Below are positions 1 through 9,536 of a stretch of 45,371 bases of DNA, one piece after another. The stretch spans positions 1 to 45,371 of the forward strand of contig JBBISH010000041.1 in assembly GCA_037441385.1 (NCBI GenBank), in the 5' to 3' direction. A program made the position numbers and the translations under genes. The notes under the pieces are model-generated. The model ran no database searches, was not told the DNA's origin, and saw nothing but the letters and a program-made list of their open reading frames with translations. Within the stretch, counting starts at the first letter, position 1. Every line of letters starts with the position of its first letter. This DNA comes from Myxococcales bacterium. GTDB lineage: Bacteria; Myxococcota_A; UBA9042.

Positions 1-434
1 CGCCTGCACCAGCAGCGACAAGTGCACCGGCGGCGTGTGCAAGGGCACCGGCTTCAAGAACTGCGACGACGGCAACCCCTGCACCAAGGATTCGTGCGAC
101 CAATACGGCACTTGCGTGCACAACAGCGCCGACGGCCCCCCAAGAACACGCCCAGGGGTGCTGCGTGGCGCCCAGCGGCGACTGCCCCAGCGGCCCCAAT
201 CGCTACTTGGGGTGCGTGGCCGGCAGCTGCCAAAGCAAGCCGGGCGTGACCTGCCAGGCGACCTACAGCGTGGACCTGTGCAGCGACGCCAAGGTGCCGG
301 GCACCTGCTCGGCCAACGGCAAGTGCGTGGCCAACCAGGGACAAAGCGGCTTTACCTGCCCTGGGTGCAACGGCGTGTGCTTGCAGTGCACCATCTTTGG
401 CGGGATTCAGCTGAAGTATTGCTTGGGGTTCTGA
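1..434 (+). CDS. 3' end of a Cys-rich repeat (CDDGNPCTxDxC-type) extracellular protein; apparent frameshift near 136-165
   Basis: Frame 2 reads ACTSSDKCTGGVCKGTGFKNCDDGNPCTKDSCDQYGTCVH up to ~135. The Cys-rich sequence then continues in frame 3 (GCVAGSCQSKPGVTC...CLGF, stop 434). Truncated by the window start. Confidence 0.65.
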   Translation, partial: PAPAATSAPAACARAPASRTATTATPAPRIRATNTALACTTAPTAPQEHAQGCCVAPSGDCPSGPNRYLGCVAGSCQSKPGVTCQATYSVDLCSDAKVPGTCSANGKCVANQGQSGFTCPGCNGVCLQCTIFGGIQLKYCLGF

Positions 435-453
435 AGCCCGGGTAGGGCCTCGG

Positions 454-708
454 ATGCCGCTCTACACCTACGTCGTACACTGGGGCGGAGAGGTGGGCGT
501 GTGCCAGGCCCGCCGCAGCAACCCTTGGGGCTTTGGGGATTGGACCGGGGCGCTGCCGAGCTCGGCGAAGGGTCTGGCGGCGCGCATCAGCAACGGGGAC
601 CTGTATGGCCCGGCTGACGAGGTGAACAACTTGCAGCGGACTTGGCGCAAGGTGGTTCGGATCGACGGCGCGGACTTGGTGGTTGTGGCTGTGGAAACGA
701 AGGGCTAG
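454..708 (+). CDS. small hypothetical protein (84 aa)
   Basis: ATG-started ORF with protein-like composition filling the gap between flanking genes. Confidence 0.55.
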   Translation: MPLYTYVVHWGGEVGVCQARRSNPWGFGDWTGALPSSAKGLAARISNGDLYGPADEVNNLQRTWRKVVRIDGADLVVVAVETKG

Positions 709-766
709 CGCATAACGGGGTGAGCGGCTGCGGATCTGGGGTTGGCGAAGCCGGTCCACGCTTGGG

Positions 767-1471
767 TCAATAGCACCAGCACTCGGCCTTGCACGGCGGA
801 ACTACTGGTTCAGGGTACTGCTGCAGGGCCGGGCAAGGTCCCGCTTGGAGCATTGGCGCCGGTGGTGGCGATGGCGGTACCGCAGGGCACGAGGGCAAGC
901 TGAAGATGGTGGAAGCACCGGGGTCCGCACAGCAGAAGTGCCAGCCGCATGGCCCGCCGAGGACGCCGTTCGAGCAACACTCGGTGTCGTTACAGAGGAT
1001 TGCGGGAAGCTCTGGCAGGGTAGCCCAGTCCATCGGGCAGTCCTTTGGGCTCGAATCGGGGCCGGCGTCCGGAGCGAGCGGTTTTGCATCCGAATTGTCC
1101 GGCGTGGCATCCGGCGGCTCGTCCGGGTACTTGCTGTCGACGTGAAGGGCAGCGTCTGAGACCGCAAGCACGTCGAGAGGGGGCACGTCGTCAGCGGAAT
1201 CCAGCGCCACGATCGCGTCTCCTGACCCATCTGTGAGGTCCCCGGCCGCCGAGTCCGAATCGGCGCCGGTCGCGCCTTCCCTATTCGAATCCACGATCGA
1301 GAGCGAATCGGGCAATGGGGTTGCAGCATCCACGTCGCCCATACCGACGACCGCATCCACGGCGGGAACCGGTGACGCTGGATCGGAGACGGCCCCGGTC
1401 ACGCCTTCGGAGCCCGTCCGGCCGCAAGCCAAGAGCCCAAGGAGGGTTACGGCGAGCACCCTAAGCCGCAT
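767..1471 (-). CDS. lipoprotein with Asp/Ala-rich linker and Cys-rich C-terminus
   Basis: Signal peptide with lipobox LLAC, acidic low-complexity linker, C-terminal Cys cluster. Confidence 0.65.
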   Translation of the reverse strand: MRLRVLAVTLLGLLACGRTGSEGVTGAVSDPASPVPAVDAVVGMGDVDAATPLPDSLSIVDSNREGATGADSDSAAGDLTDGSGDAIVALDSADDVPPLDVLAVSDAALHVDSKYPDEPPDATPDNSDAKPLAPDAGPDSSPKDCPMDWATLPELPAILCNDTECCSNGVLGGPCGWHFCCADPGASTIFSLPSCPAVPPSPPPAPMLQAGPCPALQQYPEPVVPPCKAECWCY

Positions 1472-1910
1472 TCGGCGTCCACGCGATGGCGCACCACAAG
1501 CGCGTGCCAGTGGAGCAGGGGTGATCGTTGATCACCACGCGGTAGTGGACCCCGGCGGTGGCCTGGACTTGGAGGACCTGGTGGTTCAAGGCATCACGCA
1601 TTCTGCGGGTTCGCACTCAACGGATTTCCAGCGTGAGCCGATGGTTCTGCAGTGGCAAGGTCAGATCGGGCCGACTGGGCCGGATCCGCCCGTGGCAGAT
1701 GTTATCGATTGAAAAAGGCAAATGGAGGTCCTGAGCGAATTGGCCCCCAACCCGGCGCGCATGCAGCCGAATCGCGGGCAACGGCTTGGCAGGAACATGC
1801 CTCGAAATGCCCACGGTCGAGTTCCCATCTGAGAACTCGGCCGGTTCGTGCAGGGCCGAGGCCGGTATTGGCGCTGGGTCCCGATGCGTAGAATCCGGTT
1901 GGCCGCCGGC

Positions 1911-2678
1911 CTATCGGGCCGTGGGCGTGGCGTCGCCAAGCAGAAAAATGCCCTCGGGCGCCTTGGCGCGACCGCCCCACTGGCCACAACGGCGCTCGCC
2001 CGAGCGGAGGGTGTCGCAGCGGCCCAGGTAGATCCGTAGGCGCGTCCCCGGCTTGGCGGTGATGCCAAGACTGGACCAGGGCACGGCGGCAAACACAAGC
2101 CACTCTTCATCGTCTTCACCGGCGGCCTGGTTCAGCGAGCCGTCGAGGTCGATGGCGACGCGGGCGCCGCTCTGCCAGCGGTTGTCCGTTTGACCGGCGC
2201 GGTCGATGCGGGCATCGCTGATCACGCCGCTGGGGGCAAATTGCAGCGCAAAAATCGGAGCATCCGGCTCGTCGGCCTGGACGCGGACGTCAAAGGCGTC
2301 GTGCAACCAAAGCGGCGCATCGGTGACGGTGGCCGGCGCGGCGATGTCCTGGTCGGCGGCATAGAGGTTCAAGTAGAGGTTCTGCTGATCCCAAAGGGCC
2401 CGCGCCATCGAGTACGGGCGCGCCGGACCGCCGCTGTCGTCGACAAAGGGCGCAGTCGCCGCCGATTGGGTCCAGGCCGGTTCGTCGCCGCGGAGTTCGA
2501 TCGCGACCGAAGTGGTCGCCTTGGGCAGGGTCAAGGTGGGCGGTGACGCTGCGGCGGTTGGCAAGGGGCCCGGAGCTGCCGCGACGACTGCGCCCGCGGT
2601 GTCCGCCGTGGCGGCTGGCGTGGTCGGCTTGCGACAAGCGCCCAGCACGGCAAGCGCGGCCCACAGCGCCCAAGCCAC
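1911..2678 (-). CDS. CBM9-like (DOMON-like) carbohydrate-binding lipoprotein; alternative start ATG 2834
   Basis: Lipobox LGAC, then ARALWDQQNLY, LWLHDAFDV and WLVFAAVPWSSL motifs typical of CBM9_1-like domains. Start is uncertain (GTG 2678 or ATG 2834). Confidence 0.7.
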   Translation of the reverse strand: MAWALWAALAVLGACRKPTTPAATADTAGAVVAAAPGPLPTAAASPPTLTLPKATTSVAIELRGDEPAWTQSAATAPFVDDSGGPARPYSMARALWDQQNLYLNLYAADQDIAAPATVTDAPLWLHDAFDVRVQADEPDAPIFALQFAPSGVISDARIDRAGQTDNRWQSGARVAIDLDGSLNQAAGEDDEEWLVFAAVPWSSLGITAKPGTRLRIYLGRCDTLRSGERRCGQWGGRAKAPEGIFLLGDATPTAR

Positions 2679-2695
2679 CTCGGCGTGGACTGACC

Positions 2696-2833
2696 TTGCA
2701 CGGGTTCGGTGCGAACTGGATCGAATACTCAGCCAGCTCTTTGGACCTGAAGCGGGATCCCCGCCTAATCTTATTGAGTTGCAGAACGGATCGCCTGTGC
2801 AGCGCTGGCGCGAATCCGGCGGGGCGCTCGTCA
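2696..2833 (+). repeat. dispersed intergenic repeat, long form (138 bp, diverged copy)
   Basis: Aligns by eye to the other copies: GGATCGAA...GAAGCGGGATCCCCGCCT...AGTTGCAGAACGGATC...GGCGCGAATCCGGCGGGGCGC. Its right end is the stop codon of the 2831 gene. Confidence 0.85.
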
Positions 2834-4585
2834 TGGCTGCAGCGTCCCGTTGGGAGCGATCACAAAGTGGCCGAGGACGGCGTGGGTCGTGTAGTCGTAC
2901 ACGTTGATATCCAACATCATGTTGGGCAGTTGCCGGACCACCCCGTAGCTGTAGTTGACGGCGGTGGCCAGGGGTGCGCCGCCCGTACCCAAGATGAACT
3001 CGCGCTTGCTGGCGTAGTGAGCGTAGGTGTGGGTGTGCCCGGCGATCAGCAGCGTGTAGGGGTACTTGGCAAAGATGGCCGCGCTGGGCAGCACGCCCGG
3101 CGCCTCGGTGGCCTGGTCGCCCTCGTGGCGCACGACAAAGGTGTAGGTGGTCGGCTCGGCGAGCGCTTGGTCCAGCCAGGCGGCCTGGGTCGCATCCCAG
3201 GCGTTGGCGGCGATGACCACGAATTTGGCGGTCCACTTGCCGTCCGCGGCTTTGAATTTCAGGGCATAGTAGGGCTGCGTCTTGCCGATCTGCGCAAGCA
3301 GCTTGGCCTTGAACGTGTTGAACAGCCCCGTCTCGCCGTCGGCGTTGCCGGCCCCGCAGTTCGAGGCGGTGGCGCCGGTGCATTCGTGGTTCCCCAGAGC
3401 GTAGAAGACCTTGCCCGCGAACTTGGCGCGGGCCGCCAGGTACAGGTCAAATTGGGGCGCGGCGGTGCTGCTGTTCTTGGTACTGAAGATGTAATCGCCC
3501 GTCGTGATGGCAAAGCTCAGCGGCGGTTGCTCGGCCTGCACGCCCTGCCAGATCTTGGTAATGATGGCGGTAGGATACAGGTTGACCAGGTTGGGCACCG
3601 GCGGGCGGGTGTCGCCCACGATGGCAAAGTCCAGGCTGCTCAAGGTGCCGCCACTGTTGTCGACTTGGTCGGGCGACGTAGGCTCACCTCCCGCGTCGGG
3701 CGCAGCACTGTCGGGCAGGTCGGGGCCGCCGCTGGCGTCGATAGGCGCCGGGCAGCTGCCTGGGGCGGGCGGCGGCTGGCAGCTACAGCTGTCGTGATTG
3801 CAGTACCACCCGTCGTAACAGTGGTTTGCGGCGCAGGTTTTGCCAGGTTTGCAGGCGCAGCAACTGGCAACGCTGGGGCCATCCAGTGCGCCGCACACGG
3901 CCGGCCCGCTGGTGTCGGGCACACTGCTGCCGGCGTCGGTGGTGCCGCCGCCGCACGTGTCCGGGGCGGGATTACACTTGCAGGTAGCCACGTTGCAGAG
4001 CCAGCCGTTGTAGCAGCCATTGGGCGAGCAGGTCTTGCCGGCACCGCAGACGCAGCACGCTGGCGTGGTGGGGTCGGCGTAGCCGGGGCAGACGCTCTGG
4101 GCGGCGCTATCGGGTTCGGTGGCCACGTCTTGGCTGTCGCCTGGGGCGGGAGCGGCGTCGTCCTCGCCAGCTGGGTCCACAGCGCCACACGGCGCTACGC
4201 TTGGGATACACACCTGGACTTGGTTGCCAGCCGCGTCAGCGACGGTGGTGCAGCTGCTATCCGCCGCGCAGGCTCCGCTGTCGCCGCAGGAGGCCAGGCA
4301 GTAGGCCGAGCCCCCCACTTGGGCGCAGTGCTGGTCCGCGCCGCAGTCTTCGCTGCTGACGCAGCTCGTGCAAATGGCTGGAGAGACCACATCTTGGACG
4401 TCGGTCGGTGCCGCTGCGACGCTGTCCGCGTCTTGGGCGGTAGGGGGCGCGTCGGCCGCCACTGCGCCGCCCACGACCGTGTGGGTGGCCGGGGTGGTGC
4501 ACGCCGCCAGAGTCAGCGCGAGCGCGCCGATCCAACCGCGGCATCGGATTCGCCCCGCGGTTTTCCTAATCGCGCCACTTTGCAT
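2831..4585 (-). CDS. secreted calcineurin-like metallophosphoesterase with N-terminal Cys-rich repeats (lipoprotein)
   Basis: Lipobox LAAC; motifs GDTR, TGDY, GNHE, RHE, GHTH; two 39-aa Cys repeats. Confidence 0.85.
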   Translation of the reverse strand: MQSGAIRKTAGRIRCRGWIGALALTLAACTTPATHTVVGGAVAADAPPTAQDADSVAAAPTDVQDVVSPAICTSCVSSEDCGADQHCAQVGGSAYCLASCGDSGACAADSSCTTVADAAGNQVQVCIPSVAPCGAVDPAGEDDAAPAPGDSQDVATEPDSAAQSVCPGYADPTTPACCVCGAGKTCSPNGCYNGWLCNVATCKCNPAPDTCGGGTTDAGSSVPDTSGPAVCGALDGPSVASCCACKPGKTCAANHCYDGWYCNHDSCSCQPPPAPGSCPAPIDASGGPDLPDSAAPDAGGEPTSPDQVDNSGGTLSSLDFAIVGDTRPPVPNLVNLYPTAIITKIWQGVQAEQPPLSFAITTGDYIFSTKNSSTAAPQFDLYLAARAKFAGKVFYALGNHECTGATASNCGAGNADGETGLFNTFKAKLLAQIGKTQPYYALKFKAADGKWTAKFVVIAANAWDATQAAWLDQALAEPTTYTFVVRHEGDQATEAPGVLPSAAIFAKYPYTLLIAGHTHTYAHYASKREFILGTGGAPLATAVNYSYGVVRQLPNMMLDINVYDYTTHAVLGHFVIAPNGTLQP

Positions 4586-4753
4586 TGCCCGGCCCCCGTC
4601 TTTGGTTGGCCCGCGACGGCGCCACTGCCGCCGCTGACGGCCACGGCCGGGCAGCCTACCGTTGCCGCCGGGGTGATGCAAATGACAGTGCCGCCGTTGC
4701 CGCCGTGCCACGTTCGACTTTGTCCTTCGCAACAGCGGTTTGCGGCCGATGGG

Positions 4754-5983
4754 CTAGCGGTTGGGGACCCGAACGGCCGACACCCGCCCATGCCCGCTGG
4801 TGTGGGTGAGCAGCCCAAAGGTGGCCGGTGCATCCACACTTGTGCAGTGCCGCAGCCAACCGGCACCAGCCCGCTGGGCAACGGGCGCGTCGCGGCCGGG
4901 CTGGCGCAGTTCGGCACGCTCAACTGAGATGCCGGGACCGGCTGAGATCAAGAAGCGATAGCACTTGTGGGGCTCCAAACGGTAGGCAAAGCCGGGATCG
5001 GCCTCGCCGCCGCTGACCAGCGGGTCGCGATCCGTTGCCGCCGGCGGCGCGGCGTAGGCCTGGATCAGCGTGGCCGAGGCCGCGAGCTCGGCGGCAAAGT
5101 CGACCTGGGCCAAGTGCTCCGCGACTTCCGCGTCGCCCGCGCCCTGCAACGTGGCCGCCAACACCTCTGGCATCTCGCGCGCGTAGCCGGGCAGGCGCCC
5201 CGCCAAGTCCACAATGGCCAGCCGCGCCGCCTCGCGCGTGGGCAGGTCGCGCGAGCGCAGTTGGTTCTCCAGCTTGGCCAAGCGCTCGAGCACAAACGGC
5301 ACGAAGACGACGCTCACGTCGCGGGTGGGCTCGTAGTCCTTGAGGTTCCAACGGATCTCGTGTGGGCTGCGGACGTAGCCAGCCGGACCGACCAGGGCGA
5401 TGGCGTCGCTGGGCGTGTGCACCGTCATGGTCAGCTGCTCGATCGGCCCCAGCCACTCCGCGCCGGTGGTGAGGCGGTAGTGGAGCGCGAGCATGCCAAA
5501 GGCGCCGTGGGGATAGCGGTCATTGGCCAGGCGCGCGCGGTAGCGGACCTCGATCTGCGGTCGAGCGCCAGCGGCCAGCTGCATAGGCCAAGTCCACTCG
5601 CCACCCTGCCCGGCCACGACTCGCTTGACCGCTAGGGCCCGGCCAGCGACTGTCACGCGGATTGGCGTGGCACAGTCCAGCCCAACGACGCCCGCGCGCT
5701 CGCCCCGCGCACAGGGAAAACCAACCAACAGGTCGCGCGCCGGGCCGCGGTTCTCAAGATGGAGCACGGCGCGCACCTCGGCATAGTCCAAACCGGCGTC
5801 GATGCTTAGATCTTCGCGTGTGACGGCGATCGCGACCGGCCCGTGCGGCGCCACTCCCCCGCCAAGCGGCATCGGGTGCGGATCGGCCCAAAGCGAGCGC
5901 GATCCCCCCAAAGCCAGGGCCAAGCCGGTCAGAATGACCGCGGGTCTCCATCCAGTTCGCAAACCAAGGGCGGCTACACGCAA
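4754..5983 (-). CDS. DUF4424-like secreted protein
   Basis: Signal-like N-terminus, then EDLSI, LENRG...VGFP and YRLTTGAEWLGPI pattern. Start approximate. Confidence 0.6.
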   Translation of the reverse strand: MRVAALGLRTGWRPAVILTGLALALGGSRSLWADPHPMPLGGGVAPHGPVAIAVTREDLSIDAGLDYAEVRAVLHLENRGPARDLLVGFPCARGERAGVVGLDCATPIRVTVAGRALAVKRVVAGQGGEWTWPMQLAAGARPQIEVRYRARLANDRYPHGAFGMLALHYRLTTGAEWLGPIEQLTMTVHTPSDAIALVGPAGYVRSPHEIRWNLKDYEPTRDVSVVFVPFVLERLAKLENQLRSRDLPTREAARLAIVDLAGRLPGYAREMPEVLAATLQGAGDAEVAEHLAQVDFAAELAASATLIQAYAAPPAATDRDPLVSGGEADPGFAYRLEPHKCYRFLISAGPGISVERAELRQPGRDAPVAQRAGAGWLRHCTSVDAPATFGLLTHTSGHGRVSAVRVPNR

Positions 5984-6148
5984 CGGAAACCTCGCCAGTG
6001 CCGCATACGCAATCGGCAAACTCAAGAAGGGCGTCGCCAGATCGACCTGCCGGCATCCTAGCCCCAGCAGTTGCCAAGCGGCAATCGCGCGCTGGCCGCG
6101 CCGATCGACACCTTGCCAAGACCAGGTTGCGGGGGTAGCGTCGCGATC

Positions 6149-7051
6149 ATGCTGGAATCCTTGCTGGTCGCCGCCTCCAACTCCGCCACCGGTCTGCTGT
6201 TGCGGGCCCGGCTGTACCCTGGTCGGACGCCCGGCCAGCTGCGCGCCAGTTTTGACCGAATGGTGGCGCTGCAAGACGCGCTACGGCCCCAGCCGCGGGT
6301 CCGTCAGCACGCGCTCAAGTTGGCGGGCATGCGCACCGCCGTCTTTGACCCGACGGAGCCGGCCAAGCGCACAGTCCTGTATCTGCACGGTGGTGGCTAT
6401 TTCATGGGCTCGATTGCCGCCTACCGCTATGCTGCGGCGACCTTGGCGGCGCGCAGCCAGGCGCGCGTCGTGGTGCCCGAGTACCGGCTGGCTCCGGAGC
6501 ACCCGCACCCGGCGGCGCTGGACGACGCGGTGGCCGCGTATGCGGAAGTGCGCCGTCAGTGGCCGCAGGAACCGGTCGTATTGGCGGGCGATTCAGCCGG
6601 AGGGGGCCTGACGCTGGCGACGCTGGTCGTGCTGCGCGACCGCGGGCTGCCGCTGCCGGCGCGGGCGCTGACCCTCTCGGCCTGGACGGATGCCACGGGT
6701 TCCGGCGCGTCGATGAAGACCAACGCGAGCCGCGACTATTGGCTCAATCAGGCGCGCATCGACGCTTGGACGCCCTGGTACGCTGGCGACGCCCCAGAGC
6801 GGCCCCTGGTGTCGCCGGTCTTTGCCGACTTGCGCGGTCTGCCGCCGCTGCTGATGTTGGTCGGCGACCAGGAAGTGCTCTTGGACGACACCTTGCGCGT
6901 TGCCGAGCGAGTGCATGCAAGTGGCGGACAAGTCGATGTACTGATAGGGGAAAAGATGCAGCACGACTGGTGCCTGCACCTGCGCTGGCTGGCCGAAAGT
7001 CGCCGAGCCAACCGAGCAATTGCCGAGTTTGTGCGTGCGGTTGGTTCGTAG
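6149..7051 (+). CDS. alpha/beta hydrolase, HSL-family esterase/lipase
   Basis: HGGG oxyanion motif, GDSAGG nucleophile elbow, EVLLDD acid region, HDW His. Confidence 0.92.
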   Translation: MLESLLVAASNSATGLLLRARLYPGRTPGQLRASFDRMVALQDALRPQPRVRQHALKLAGMRTAVFDPTEPAKRTVLYLHGGGYFMGSIAAYRYAAATLAARSQARVVVPEYRLAPEHPHPAALDDAVAAYAEVRRQWPQEPVVLAGDSAGGGLTLATLVVLRDRGLPLPARALTLSAWTDATGSGASMKTNASRDYWLNQARIDAWTPWYAGDAPERPLVSPVFADLRGLPPLLMLVGDQEVLLDDTLRVAERVHASGGQVDVLIGEKMQHDWCLHLRWLAESRRANRAIAEFVRAVGS

Positions 7052-7098
7052 CCGCGCTCCTGTGGTCGGCGCGAGCGGCTTGGCCAATCGACCGCAGG

Positions 7099-7662
7099 CT
7101 ACGCCCCGGAGCCCGGTGCGGGCCGGCCCACCGTGCCCACGGGCGGCCCCAAGACCAGGCGCGAAAACCCAAGCCGGAACAAGTCTTCGGCATCCAGCGG
7201 GCGGTTCAGGCGAGTGGTCAGCTCTTGGACGCGGGCCACGACCCCGCTGAGCTGGGCGGCGTCGTGCACGGACGCCTGGATCAGCTGACGCAAGGCGCGC
7301 CGCGCCAACGCGCCGGGCTGGCTGGCCATGTGGCGGTAGCCGTCGGCGGTCAGCAGCCACGCCTGCACCTCGCCGATCGCCACGGCGGTAAAGGTCGCCG
7401 GCCCGCCGTCCACCAAGCAACCCGAATTGATCCAGGTGCCAGGCGTCAAGCGGTCAATGACCATGCCGCATTGGCGGGTCTCTAGGATCAGCTCGACCTC
7501 GCCGCCGACCAGCAGCCAGGCGCCCGCGGTGGCCATGCCGGCTCGCGCCAGCACCGTGCCGCTGCGAAACTGGCGGTCAAAGGCGATGCGGCGGAAGCTG
7601 CGCACTTCCTCAACGGCGATGTCGGACCACGCCGGTAGACTGTTCAGCGAGGCGGTGCTCAT
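7099..7662 (-). CDS. cyclic-nucleotide-binding (CAP_ED) domain protein, no HTH
   Basis: FRSGTVLARAG..AWLLVGGEVEL..LTPGTW pattern; ATGA overlap with the upstream gene. Confidence 0.75.
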   Translation of the reverse strand: MSTASLNSLPAWSDIAVEEVRSFRRIAFDRQFRSGTVLARAGMATAGAWLLVGGEVELILETRQCGMVIDRLTPGTWINSGCLVDGGPATFTAVAIGEVQAWLLTADGYRHMASQPGALARRALRQLIQASVHDAAQLSGVVARVQELTTRLNRPLDAEDLFRLGFSRLVLGPPVGTVGRPAPGSGA

Positions 7663-8480
7663 GCGCCCTCCATCTGGCCCAAGAAGTGCGCCAAGAAGCC
7701 CAACGGGTTGCTGCGTGCCGGTCGGGTGGCGTCGGCCCCGCCCGGACGCGTGGACTGGGCCAAGGCCCGTTCTAGCCGCACGATCTTGGCTCGCTGCTGC
7801 CGTGCCACCGCACTGTGGATCGCCGCCAGCAGGACCTGGGCGGTCGCCGGCACAACCCGCTCGAGCAGGTCCAGCCGGGTCGGACTGAGCTCGTAAACCA
7901 CCGCGTCGCTCGCCGCAACAACGGCGCCCAGATGGTGCGCTTGCCCAAACAGCGCCTCGGCCCCCACCAGCGTCCCGGACTCGATCGCGCCGATCCCCTG
8001 GGGTTGCCCGTCGGCGTCGTCGAACTCGACCCGCAGCATGCCGGACCCGACCAGCCACGCCGCTTGGGTCGGCGCCTTGGCACTGAAGACCGTCTCGCCG
8101 GTGGCCAGCTCGCGACGGAACATGACGCTGGCGAGTTGTGCGCGCTCCACGCCGGTGATCTGCGGAATCAGGCGGCCGATGGCCGCGGCAAAGAGCGGGT
8201 CGCCCAGACCGCTGGGACGCTCGCCCGCGGTGCGTACGGTAGTCGAGGGCGGATCATACGACAGGGGCTCAGGATTGGGCCGCTGAATGTCCACCGCGGG
8301 CGACGGCGATGGCCTGGGGGTGGCAACCACCGGGCGCGGCACGGGCGGGGGCGGCAGCGGCTTGGGCGGGACGCCCAGCGGCAAGATGACGTCGACGATG
8401 GGCGCAACCTGGCCACCGCGAGCAGTTGCCGAGGTGTGCGACCAATTCGGCAAAAAACGAGACGACGACGCACCAGCCAT
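7659..8480 (-). CDS. cyclic-nucleotide-binding domain protein with Pro-rich N-terminus
   Basis: LATGETVF..AWLVGSGMLRV..IESGTLVG..VVAASDAVVYEL pattern; GGAGG RBS before the ATG. Confidence 0.8.
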   Translation of the reverse strand: MAGASSSRFLPNWSHTSATARGGQVAPIVDVILPLGVPPKPLPPPPVPRPVVATPRPSPSPAVDIQRPNPEPLSYDPPSTTVRTAGERPSGLGDPLFAAAIGRLIPQITGVERAQLASVMFRRELATGETVFSAKAPTQAAWLVGSGMLRVEFDDADGQPQGIGAIESGTLVGAEALFGQAHHLGAVVAASDAVVYELSPTRLDLLERVVPATAQVLLAAIHSAVARQQRAKIVRLERALAQSTRPGGADATRPARSNPLGFLAHFLGQMEGA

Positions 8481-8854
8481 GGCGGCCTCCTTCAGATCCG
8501 TACTGTGGCAATTCCTTGCTGCGTCGCATGGTTGCGCTAGGCCCACCGGACCGCTGCGCCGCTGCAAGAACGATTGCGCACCACCCACTTCGGATGCTGC
8601 CAGATTCCCACACAGCTATGCAGCAGGTCTAACACATCCACACAGACGCAACAGGATCGAGCAAAATCGTGGACTTAACCCGTCAGCCAGTCGCAAGCGA
8701 CTGGAACAGTGTAGTTATTTCAGGATGTTGGAAATTAGGGCCGATTCGGCCCTTTGTGTGTGCATTTGCAATGACGCTCGCTGGGCGATCTCCGGAACAG
8801 CTCGGGTCGCCCACAACCGTCGCGGCGGATTTACCGCGACCGGGGCCAAGCCGG

Positions 8855-9316
8855 CTACCAGGCAAGCGTCGCGTTTGCCTGGGTGCAGGTTGGCTCGCAG
8901 CCGGCGCCGTTGGGCTGCGAAGTGGTGTAACTGGGCGAAAAGTCCTTGCTCGCCTGCAGTGCGCCGTCGCGGAACACGCTCACCGTCACCGCCGTCGGCG
9001 TGTCGGACAGGTGCACCGAAGTGAGCGACTGCTGCGCCGGCGCCAGCGCCGAGCCCGAGGTGCCCAAGACCAGCTTGCCACTGCAGGTGGCCTGACCGCT
9101 GCTGGGCAGGGGGATCGCGACGCTGCAAGTACGGGTGTCGCCGCCGACTTTGGCCTCGACCTTCCAGGTCCCCGCCGCCCAGGTCGACGTCTGCAGGTTG
9201 ACCTGGAAGCCGCTCTCGCAGCCGATGGCGGTGCAGGCCTTGGTCTCGGTGGTTTCGCAGCCCAGCACGAGTACCGCGCCAGACAGCAGCCACGGCAGAA
9301 AGTGGATGTGCGACAT
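8855..9316 (-). CDS. small Cys-containing lipoprotein
   Basis: AAGGAG RBS, lipobox VLGC, CTAIGC and QPNGAGCEPTC motifs. Confidence 0.8.
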   Translation of the reverse strand: MSHIHFLPWLLSGAVLVLGCETTETKACTAIGCESGFQVNLQTSTWAAGTWKVEAKVGGDTRTCSVAIPLPSSGQATCSGKLVLGTSGSALAPAQQSLTSVHLSDTPTAVTVSVFRDGALQASKDFSPSYTTSQPNGAGCEPTCTQANATLAW

Positions 9317-9536
9317 TGCATGCTCCTTTGGGCCCAACGGGCCAGTCTGGGGCGGCCGGCCGGGATCGCAGCGGGCCGCCAACCCCAACCGTTACAATCT
9401 CTGTGCCACAACGACAGACACAAGCAAGTTCAGGGACTTGATGAGTCCAGGACCGATCGGTGCGGCAAAGGCAATTGTAGAAATTCTCTACAGTGACGAG
9501 AAACACCACACTTGTGGCGCCCGGCCGAGCACGGCG

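Noticed and set aside
1461..1814. Minus-strand frame with internal TGA at 1617 (readthrough/selenocysteine or pseudogene); 46-aa ORF at 1461-1601
   Set aside because: No recognisable family, RBS or SECIS-like support; cannot be called from sequence alone
2831..4585. Metallophosphoesterase as the cAMP phosphodiesterase partner of the cyclase
   Set aside because: It is an exported lipoprotein 5 kb away with unrelated genes in between
2543..4927. Long antisense ORFs (also 15908-17596, 22424-24583, 26193-28361, 29484-31193, 43768-45270)
   Set aside because: Shadow frames opposite well-supported genes, expected in high-GC DNA; no motifs
8481..8620. c-di-GMP riboswitch upstream of the cNMP genes
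   Set aside because: Could not find the GEMM consensus (GGCAAA-P2 with GNRA loop-GACGCAAA)
9476..9492. TGTAGA-N5-TCTACA as a CRP site beside the cyclase
   Set aside because: Sequence and spacing do not match TGTGA-N6-TCACA; a short palindrome could be chance
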